From Trichosphaerium sp. ATCC 40318 (Eukaryota > Protista > Tubulinea), in contig JALMLS010000204.1 of assembly GCA_038496445.1 (NCBI GenBank), positions 310,001-374,000 on the forward strand: 64,000 nt of DNA, read 5' to 3'. A program made the translations under genes and the position numbers. Every line of letters begins with the position of its first letter. Within the stretch, counting starts at the first letter, position 1. This document shows, one piece after another, positions 14,422-24,750 of the stretch. The notes under the pieces are model-generated. The model saw only the letters and a program-made list of their open reading frames with translations. It made no database searches and had not been told where the DNA came from.

Positions 14422-15069
14422 ATGCGTACCTTGTTGGCTGTCTTCTTATTAGCGTATTTTGCACCTCAGGTGTATTGTGCTGCATCTGCGTGTAATGCTT
14501 TCACAGACTGCGATAGTTGTATTTTTAACCCTGACTACCAGTGCAAGTGGTGCGCCAGCTCTGGTTGTAACCCAGTTTCGTTTCATTGCGACACTGCTTA
14601 TTTAAATTCATGTACAGGCCGTTGTTTGATCATTGCTAATGCGTGTAGGTTGCAAAACATCCAATATAACGACTTGCCAAGCGTCATCAAAATGTAGGTG
14701 GTGCGGATTTGATATAAAGCGCTGTGTGGATGTGGTATGGGATATAAACGCGTAAATATACAGTTTTATACTAAGCATCTCGTACAGGAACTTAAATGCC
14801 CTATTGGTAAGATTACTATTATCCTTATAGTAGTTGGTATTGTAGGAGGGGTGCTAGTTGCCGGTACGCATAATTCTTAGCGTATTTGCTCTAAAGTGCG
14901 TGTAGGTATTCTTTATGGGCTATGGTACTACTGTTGCTCTAAACCACCGCAACCGTACTGGGTGAACGACGAGAGGTATAAAAATATCAACAAAGTGGGT
15001 TGTCAAGTCTCTAACATTGCTGTTTTAGAAGAGGATCAGGTTCAAGAGGCTCTGGTTACCGTCCCTTGA
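14422..15069 (+). CDS. Small single-pass membrane protein with PSI-like Cys-rich repeats (PTTG1IP-like)
   Basis: Signal peptide. CNAFTDCDSCI...CKWCASSGC and a second C...CRWCG...C unit. TM segment IILIVVGIVGGVLVAGILYGLWYYCC. Confidence 0.65.
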
Positions 15070-15359
15070 GCACGGTTGATAGAATGGAGCCTAGTGTAAA
15101 CTAAAGCGCTTGTACAATTTGTACATTAAAAAAGCTAAACGGTTTGTCCGTTTTTTTTTTCACTTGGTTTTTTGTTGTCAAAAGGTGGCCTGCAAAAAAG
15201 TTTCGTTCGACAATGTAGTCTCCTAACATAATATCAACGTTATAAATAATAGTCGTTGGCAGTTGGCTTCAACACAGCGTTCGCACTAACCGACAATATG
15301 AGACTTTCCTCGACTTTTGAAACAAAAACCAATTTTTTTATATCACGTGCCAGTACAAC

Positions 15360-18300
15360 ATGTTTGCGCACATTGTTGGCTTGCTTGTAGTTTGCTCTAG
15401 TGTGCGTAGCGCTAGTTTTGGATCTGGTAACTACGGAGAGTGGTTTAATGACGAGTTTGGTACCATGCAATACTCAACCTAACTCTCAACTTCTAAACTC
15501 TCTTAAAGACATACCTGCGTATAACTTTACGGATGGACCTATGAAAATCCAAGAGAAGCCTCAGATAACGTTTCAAGTACAAGACTCTAGCTTCAACGGG
15601 TTTTATAACATACTATTTAGGTGGGTAATGCACGATTAGTGTTAATCACGTACAGTGATGGTACTGTAGCGCTTCGGCAGGATGAAGGCAGTCCAAAATT
15701 TTTGAACGACATGGATGCAGCCAATAGTCAGTTCAGAGGTAAGCCTTGATGTTTTTGACGCCCTCACGAGTATTAAGGTGGTCGTGGATACGTACACGAT
15801 GGAGAAAACGTTGTGTTAAGTACAGTTTATGACAAAAACTCAAAGCAAGAGTATTATCAGCAATTCGGCGTTGGGTATTACAAAAGGATCGTTGAGAACG
15901 TTGAAACGGGTGTACACGTTGAGAGTACACTTATGGTTCCATTTGGGTGCGATTTCTAACACGTGATTTTATTCTGAAATGAGGTAGTGACGATCCTTTG
16001 GTTTTTGAAAGAGTAGTGATTTCTAATAAAGCTTCAAAGCCTCAAAACGTTGGTTGGGTTGAATACTGGGCAAGTAAGATATTCGAACTTGATGCAAACT
16101 TTACTAGGTAAGTCAAGGTACTACTTGGTAGCTTCAAGCTAATTCGATCATTGTATAATAGAGAGTATGCAGACAAGTACACAAACAAGTTTAGTTTAGT
16201 CAAAGGTGCAAAATATTCCGGCTTGAAGAACACACCTTCACCGCCTTTTCATGGTGTTAATGCTGGTAAAATACCAGCTCAACATGATCTAAATCCTAGA
16301 GAAACATTCCTCGTTTGCTTATCACATGATATTACATCATTTGGAACAAATGGTTCTAATCTATTTGTTGATAATAATCCATTTCAACTTCATCTTGATG
16401 GATTTGACAATAGCCTCTTAACAACAGGAAAGACTTCTGTCATGGCCTTAAATATTGATAACATACAAATTAAGCCAGGTCAATCAAGTTCTTTATACTT
16501 TGCTTATGGCTATTTATCTGATGAAAAGCAAACAGTACAATCTCTCCTCAACAAGTACGAGATTGGTTTCGAAAAAATTTGGCAAAATTCAAATGAACAA
16601 TGGACGAAAACTCAAATGTCTTTGTCGGTTCCTTCAGATGGTGATTGGATACAGGTACTATATTTAGTACCTAAGGTAATTTATTTATTAAAATTAATGT
16701 AGAGAGAAAGCATATGGCATAGCTACATGATAAAATCGATGTTAACTTATGATACATTTTTTGGTAAATCAAAAAAGAAAGTAAAAAAACCTTGAAGTAA
16801 CGCTTGTTTAAAGAGCGCCATATTCTTAATCAAGCGGGTGTCTATCAGTATAGAGACGGATTTCAAGGTATGCATAGCAATTTTGTAGCAAAGCTTATTC
16901 TCTTCAGGAGCCGCACGTGACCCTCTCAATCATGTGATACCATTGATATATATGAATCAAACAGAATATGTCAAGGACACTATCTTGTACACAATTGAGG
17001 AAACGTGGGAGAATGGTAGAATTCCTTGGGCCAAATGTGCTTATGGCTCGGTAACCTTTTGTTGTAAACTGTATTATCTTATTATGCTAGGACTGCTATG
17101 ACGCCAGGAATACTAATGATACAGGTCCAGGAATACATGAAACAAAGTACTTTCCAAGCGACCTAGAGATTTGGTTAGTGAGCACATTATCTCTGTATGT
17201 ATTAGGTATGTATCTTGTCTGAACCTCCACATTTTTAACGTTGACTTGTATGTAGCCACACGTGATATTGAATTCTTAAATCAACCTGTAAACACCAATT
17301 TTGGTCAGCATACAGTTGAATCAGCTACTTGGTATGTACTGAGCATAGTCGTTTTTGTTGTAGAATTGACCTCACTCTTTGTGAATTTAGGTTCATTTTC
17401 AGTCATCTAATAAATGTTACTGGCGTTGGCAAACACAATCTAAACAAGATACTATTTTGTGATCACAACGATGGATTATACTCTTTCTTGAGCTTAAACA
17501 ATGCTCAGAAGGAAGAAGCAATTCGTACTGGCGAAAGGTACGCTACATTGATTAAATGTCACAAAACCCTCAAGCTAATACTGACGTGAGTGTGATGAAC
17601 GCAGCAATGGCAACCTACGCTTATAAAAAATATTCTGAAATGCTTGGATACGTAGGGAAAACGTGGAAGCAAGATTGTGTTGAATCACTACAAAGAGAAC
17701 AAGTAGCAGCAGTCGGAAATACTTGGAACGGAAAATGGTATAACAGGGCATGGTTGGGAAATAATTATGGATGGCTTGGTGATACAAAAGATGATACGCT
17801 GTGGCTTGAACCGAATGCTTGGGCTATATTAGGTGGCGTTAGCATCAATCAAAACCACACAGATAGCCTTGTACGCATGATATTTATCAGTTCAGCTACA
17901 GCTGTTTTTTCAGCGAATTTCGAAATTGCCATATGCGCTTTGCACGTGGTATAAGTTGATAGAAATTATTTGATATTAAAGACTACTGGCGGCTTTATTG
18001 ATGATCTTTTCCTTAAGGTTAAAGAGATAAATACAAGAAATAGAGACGTGTCACCAATTGGGGCATTATTTAGTAGTAAAACACATTTAACTAAATATCA
18101 CTACACAAGTACCCACCTTCCTACAAACTGACCTTTCTTCGATACAAGTTTACTCTTGCTTTAGGTTTTTGGTATTGCGGCACATTACCTCTTCAGGTGA
18201 GGATTTTTTAACAACTATTCGAGTTCTTTGTTTTTTCTTATTTTATTCTTCATTTACAGCAAGCTTTTGGGCAAACTGGATACAATGACCTAGCTTATGA

Positions 18301-18982
18301 TGAATGGAAAAAGTCATCATTAGCATACCATTCTAATATATACCCAGATTATTGGTTTGGCACTTGGTCTGGTTGCGATTCAATAAACTCAGTCCTTGGA
18401 CCAGTACGGCGAAATAACTAAATTCAAAAAATGACTTCCAGGTAGAATCCTGGGTCTGTTGGCACACCTACTTATCCAGTATTAAACGCTTGGTCACATA
18501 CAACACCTCTAGCTACGATTCCATATTTGGTCGGTAAGCTGAAACGCAGAAGACCTTAGAACTAGCCTAAAATACTACCTTGTATGACGATCATTTTTTT
18601 AACTAAACGTGAGTGCTGTAGGTCTTGAATTTGTTCATAATGGTGTTTCTATAAAACCAAAACTATCCTTAACAAAGTACACTATATCTTCTTACCTTTT
18701 TGGAATCCAAAAGCACAATACAGGAGAATACTCTGGATGGTACGCTCAAGATCATTTCGTTCTTTTATAATAAGTCATAGGTACACTATCAACAGTAATG
18801 ATGTTGAAGAGCTAGTGTTCAATTTTGAATTTGACAAAGAAGAAGCCTTAAAAATCAATTCTGTTTTTGTTAATAACAAGAAAGTTCAGCTTGTTAGACC
18901 TTCAGACAATACAATAACTTTCAAAGCACAATTTAGTAACAAGACAATAAAGTGGATGCTTTCCACTGGTGAGAATCGTTGA
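15360..18982 (+). CDS. Secreted GH94-like (alpha/alpha)6-barrel glycoside phosphorylase/hydrolase
   Basis: Signal-like MFAHIVGLLVVCSSVRSA. Motifs parallel to cellobiose-phosphorylase family: GAARDP, CDHNDG..ESVMNA (cf. GDWND..ESVW), WNGKWYNRAW (cf. WDGEWYRRA), LWLEPNAWAILG. Many introns. Confidence 0.65.
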
Positions 18983-19360
18983 TACCAGGATGCCAGAGAG
19001 CAATACATATCAATCAATAAATGCATGGTTTCTTTTTAATGTAACCTCTTTGAGTACATTTCTTTGTATTGGCGTTCAAAGTCAACTGCAAATTTTACTT
19101 CTTTAGTTCATGGTACCCAATATTTATACACTAGCAGTACAACACTAAGACATACTTTTTACTGTAGTACGATAAACAAATGGGAGGTTCTATCCTCGGG
19201 TTTGGAAGTTCAAATAAAAACAACTCCAAATAAGCGGCAAAAGGGCAGATAGTTAACAGGTTTATACAATCTCCGTTTACCATTATTGAACCAAGATTAA
19301 TGGGTTCCTCTGTACATATTTTCCTTTACCAATTCATGGCATTTGAATCAAAGGGGCTCT

Positions 19361-21308
19361 CTAGCTAATAATTCTATCTATGAACATGTGAAATCACACC
19401 ACATCACATTTTTCTCGAATAGAACCTACACGTGCTTCTTAGCCAATGTGAGGTTTTAATCAAAAAGTCCTACCTTTCCATACAGTCCATCTTCCAACCA
19501 ACTCAATTGCTGTCTAATAAACCTGGTTAGAACGAACAAACTACTTCAGGGAGGCAGCAACCTCTAAACTTCTCAAATCCATCATGTCAATATCAGACTT
19601 AAAAGGAATGAATTTTTCGGATGTCTTAAGGACTTTCATGGCTTCTTGTGCTGTTTTAGAATGTCTAAGGACATCAATCATACCCTAGTAGAAAATTTAA
19701 TACAATAGTTTAGCACGTGATTAAAGTTAACTTACAGCTTGAAAACCAATAAGTTCTTCATCTTGATAAATTCGATTTACATCAACATTTATTTTACCAT
19801 CTTCGTTTTTGATAACCGTCTCAAGTCTTTGGCTCTCTTGTTGTGTATTTGTAAAAAAGAAAAGCATTGTACTATCATTTAGTACCACATGGTTTTATTC
19901 CTTTTATTTTGGACACACGTGTAAAATCATGTGCTTCAACAATTTTCTTTAGCCTGTTTTTTTGTTTTAGTTGGTACTCTAACTCAAATTAAAGCAACGT
20001 TGAGTACCTTCTGAACTCTTCTCTTAAGTTTTCTGAATCTTCTTTACCATTTATCGTATTGCCTAATCTCTCTAGTATAACTACTTCTACATTTGGACAA
20101 GAATCTAGTACAACTGGAAGTAAAGCAAACACCTAAAACCAAGTTAAGTCAATAAGTAAAAATAAATCACAATAATCTTCACAAACCTCTTCAGGTACAG
20201 GTCCGTCATGAGAATCTCTTCTAAATTTACCCCCACTAGGGTCACATGTTGGGTTGCTAAACCTTCCACCACTCAAGTGAATCTTTAAGAATAGTTATTT
20301 AGATGAAGCAAAAACTTGAGCTCAAAAAATCCTACCTCGAGTACTTTATCCAATGGGTACAATGAGAGCAAGGTTTCGATGTCCATATCAAAATTATATA
20401 ATTGGCAATACAGGTTGTGAATATCAAGTAAGATAAAACCATCGATGGGACTCAAGATTTTGTTCAAAAAAGAACCTTGCTCAAGAGCTCCCTAACAGGA
20501 TTTTAGAAGAAAAAAAATAACAATCTTTTTTACATTTTTATGCCAAGACAATGCAAGGTTTTCCATTCCAATTTTAACCTTTAAAGTTGTCACATAGAGT
20601 TAATAGAATCATAACGTCGCTTACATCTATACCCACTATGTCTTGTAGCATTTTCATACGCATCTGCGTACCAAGGATAGCTCCTAAGAAGGTTACTGTT
20701 AGTTAAATCAACCGAAAGATGGTCACGTGCCTTTTGTGTAGGGCACGGGAAGAGGTGCTCCATGAACCTAATTATGTATAGGCATGACATACAAAGATTG
20801 AATATATTTGCGTACAGCTTCACCAGCTGAACTGCAGCCAACATGATCGGAGATGTGTTTGAACTTATACTTACTAGTTATCTTTGCAAAGTGGTTTAAA
20901 TAACGCTCTTGACGCGGTTTCCACTGTGAACTGTACGTTTTATTACGTTTTTGTGGGACTGTAGTCGTAGAATAGTTAAAAAAGTACCTCATCGGGCTGA
21001 ATGTAATAGCGTGACCATATAGAGAGCCTGTGATGCGCATTTAGAATTGTTATAGTGTAATCTATACCTTTGTCGCCGTATTTGGTTAAAATAGCGTTCG
21101 ACCACTCTGGTATGCCTCCAAAACCCATGTCTAGGCTACAACACGAATTAAATCGTATTAGTAACGGTTTTTACCTATACTCCACTGCTTCGATCTCTCC
21201 ATTGTCAAACAGCTCATCAAACGCTTGTTTGAACCCATTGCTGTAAGGCATAAAACTTACACCTACCAAAGGCCTGGAGCGAATAGATTTATCTCCATTT
21301 GGCTCCAT
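19361..21308 (-). CDS. DUF692 / MNIO multinuclear non-heme iron enzyme (ChrH-like), about 410 aa, 13-14 introns
   Basis: Hand-spliced protein: RPLVGVSFMP..EAVEYSLDMG..LYGHAITFSP..KHISDHVG..HGAPLPVP..IGMENLA..GFILLDIHNLYCQ..YPLDKVLEIHLSGG..RRDSHDGPVPEEV..CPNVEVVILERLG, then a C-terminal extension ..DLRSLETAIELVGRW. The DUF692 ligand motifs H, SDH, EN, DxxN, HxxG, DxH and E occur in the expected order. Confidence 0.88.
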
Positions 21309-21448
21309 TGTAATGCTTAATTGTACTACTAATGTATAACCTGTGTATTTTGTCGTTAAGAGTCTTTAATATTAAGTGAACAAGGGACGAACCCGAACAG
21401 TTTTTTTTTGAATCACGTGAAATAAAAAATACCATTTTATTCTTTCAG

Positions 21449-22162
21449 TTAGTTGTCTTCTGTACTCGCAGCGTCTTTGTCTTTTTGCACACCCAGAAGG
21501 TATTCATAGTCAAGTTTTCGCTTTCCGTCAACGACAAATATGATCCTCTCCATCTTCTTAGTGCCTGGACGCTCCAGCCACTTTTTTGTTTCTTCGACAG
21601 CTATCTGTGCTGCCTCTCTAAGAGGATAGCCATAAAACCCAGTAGCGATGCAAGGAATCGCTAGAGATGTTATTGGATAAGCGTTAACAAGGGCTAGTAG
21701 CGTTTGGTAGCAACTCCTGAGCAATTTCGGTTGAGGCTTTCCGTCATCGTCTAAATATGGTCCTACTGTATGTAGTACATATGTAGCAGGTAATTTATAG
21801 CCTTTAGTTATTTTTGTATCTCCTGTAGCGCATAAGTTGTCCTTTGTTATCATAGCGCATTCTCTTTGAAGTAGAGGCCCTGCTGCTTTATGTACGGCCT
21901 CGTCTATACCACCTCCACCAAGTAAACCTTCATTTGCAGCGTTAACTATCGCATCTACCTCTAAACGCGTAATGTCGCCCTTGAATATCGATAAAACGCC
22001 TTCTATGATTGGAATATCTGAAAGAGCTACAAAATTATCTTTGCATCTGTAATACTTCCTCTTGGTTGCTCTGTCAGTGATCAGACTGATATTTAATTCC
22101 TCTGCATCAATTTCTTTAGACAGGACTGTTGAACACTGCTCTTTAAACCAGCTGTGACTCAT
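21449..22162 (-). CDS. Macro domain ADP-ribosylhydrolase / O-acetyl-ADP-ribose deacetylase (MacroD/YmdB type), single exon
   Basis: GDITRLEVDAIVNAANEGLLGGGGIDEAVHKAAG, TKGYKLPATYVLHTVGP, IPCIATGFYGYP. Confidence 0.9.
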   Translation of the reverse strand: MSHSWFKEQCSTVLSKEIDAEELNISLITDRATKRKYYRCKDNFVALSDIPIIEGVLSIFKGDITRLEVDAIVNAANEGLLGGGGIDEAVHKAAGPLLQRECAMITKDNLCATGDTKITKGYKLPATYVLHTVGPYLDDDGKPQPKLLRSCYQTLLALVNAYPITSLAIPCIATGFYGYPLREAAQIAVEETKKWLERPGTKKMERIIFVVDGKRKLDYEYLLGVQKDKDAASTEDN

Positions 22163-22543
22163 TTCTAGTTGTTTTTGATTGTTTTGATGCTAAACCTGGT
22201 ACTTCTCTTCAGTGAATTGCTTTAAGCTTTTTAGTGCATGTAGCGTTACTGTTGCTATGTCAATTTACTACCTGTACTTGATAGCAAGTTGGGGTTTTGC
22301 AGTAAGCTGTCTAAACATAGGACTGAAAGTCGAGTAAGCTATTTAAAAAAAATACAATGTGCGCGAAATTCTGTAAAAAGTGTATTCAGAATGTACAACC
22401 TTCCTTGTATCACAGCTGAAATTACCGTAACCTTCTGCAAAAGATCTACGCTAACAGCAGGGCAACAACACATTTATTAATAAAGTGTATGGTATTCGGT
22501 GTGGATGCCAATTCTCGGAAAACATTATGATAAAAAAAAGTTG

Positions 22544-24351
22544 TCATCGAAATTCTCTAACTTCCGAATGATTCTTGTATCCCAATTTATCTGCAACTAC
22601 TTCCGCTATTGCCTGGAAGATGTTAAGTCAGTGAATTGATATAACATTGTTTTGTTGGTTGTTTTACCAATGAAGAAGTCAAGCCTGGTGACTCAATACC
22701 AATACAATTTACAAGACCAGGCAATTTATGATTGCTTTCTTCTTCAATAATAAAGTCTCTGATATTATAAGAGCTTATTGACGTTTGTTCATATCTAGTG
22801 GCGTACCTAAAACCTTCCCCTGGGCCAGCAAGTTTTGGTCGAATCCCTACAAGTAAATGTGTAAACAACAAGTGAATGTACACAGGTTTGTGAACAAAAA
22901 GCTCAAAAAAATGTACCTGCGTAATCCATGTACATCTTCTCCTTGTCCACTTTTGGTAAGTACTTTTTTGAAAACTCAAAGTATTTATCAATCACGTGAC
23001 TACTATCTTCGCCAGAAATATTGTAATCATAAGGAGAATCGACATACTTTGTATCTGGTCCTAGCTTCATTCTGCCAGATAAATCTATTGTTGTGTGAAC
23101 ACCCAAACCTGCTAGATTTTTCTCAGGAACAGGATATGTTAATCGTGATACCTGGTAGCAATCAATTAATAGATATGTATCGGAGGTATTTTCGGAACTT
23201 ACAAGACTCTTTCCTTGATACCCAACGTAATGTCCTTTACAGAAGTGAAGCTTGTATGTTGTTGGCATGATATCTCCCATTACCAACTTTGCGACCTTAT
23301 CGGCATGTAACCCTCCAGCATTTATTACGCTTGAGGCCTTGAATGTACAATCCTAAGAGTATTACTGATGTACAAGAGAACATGCACACTTAATATTTGT
23401 GGTACTTACTGGCGTTTCTACAAGGTAACCACCTTGAATATATTCAATCGAAGAGATTGGTGTATTAAGAGCAACGTCACCGCCATTTTGAGTAATATCG
23501 TGCTCCAAGAACTTCATTAACTTGACAAATACATTAACGTATTATGTTTTAGGTATACCGTACCTCATGAGAGTCTATAATTCCAGTCTCAGGCGATGAT
23601 AGTACAGTATGTGCCTGCAAAGGTTAGTAATAAAAAGACTGTTTTACAAATTTTGGGCTTACCCTAAGTTGAGGCTCTTCATCCTTAATTTGTGATGCTG
23701 GTAGGAACTTTAATCCAACCCCTAGAGAATCACTACGAATTTTAATATCCTCAAGGATCGGCACTTCGTCTTCAGTGACGGCGAATATCCATTTACCACA
23801 CTTTTTAAACGGAATGTTATACCTTTTTTACAACGTATTTTGTTAGTTCTACAGCAACTTCAAGATAAAAGCAAGCCGTACTTGGAGGCTAAAGAATATA
23901 ACATACGCCTTCCTGATATACAACACTTTGTCTTTATACTACCCTCAGGGTAGTAGATACCAGCATGGATGACCTAAAGCAAGTGTTAACTTGCATTAAA
24001 GTGTGTTGCAAACAAAAGGTCTAACTTCCGAATTTCTGCTGCTGGTCTCCTCACCAATTAGAGTATTTTTATCTACAACTGTAATCGATCCCTTTTGGAG
24101 CGTTAGACGTAATCACAAAGTGTGTCACGTGCGCAACCTCACGAGATAACCTCCTAAATTACATTTAACGCTACAAATCATGTCTCTTAGCGTGTACCGT
24201 CCTATAGCCAAACCAACTACACCTGGCGCTCTTAGTTAGCTTACATGTGTCTAAAAAGTGGCAAACCTGCTCCTATAACCAAGAAATCAGTCTCAAAATC
24301 AATTTTTCGAGCGTGAATTTGCGTTTGGGCGGGTACAACAAACTTCGCCAT
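22544..24351 (-). CDS. L2HGDH: L-2-hydroxyglutarate dehydrogenase (FAD-dependent, L2HGDH/LhgO family)
   Basis: Spliced [88 protein letters not shown]. Confidence 0.92.
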
Positions 24352-24750
24352 TTTATTTTCTGGAGGCGTTTCTTCTGAGGAATGACAACGCTATTGTGCA
24401 ACGGGTAGCTCTGACGTTGTTTTGATCAAACGCATTCCTGCCTTGAATGGAATTAAGCAACATTATCCTGATAAACAGTTTATAGTTATACCGCTAGTGT
24501 TGCTCGCTGTAGATAAAAAAAGGTACTTTAACAACTGATTTGACGGTTTAGATAAAAACTATTATGGCGCTGGCGTAAAATACCACCAGTGTTATTGCTA
24601 TGCCATAGCGCTTTTAACCTAAACTGATCAAGGGAAATACCCGCACTGTTTCTAAAACACGCTCGTATTTCTCCGTAACTTACTTTTATATTAGTTCTAT
24701 GCCAAAAAGAACATAAATAGGGTGTTTTTGAATAGTTTTTTTTTTGGCAA

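Noticed and set aside
19064-19252. 62-aa ORF next to the MNIO as a precursor peptide
   Set aside because: TTG start, only one Cys, no leader features; it lies in the convergent 3' UTR zone.
19361-21308. Bacterial contamination or chimeric assembly as the source of the MNIO
   Set aside because: The gene carries 13 or more introns of the same style as its neighbours and has similar base composition.
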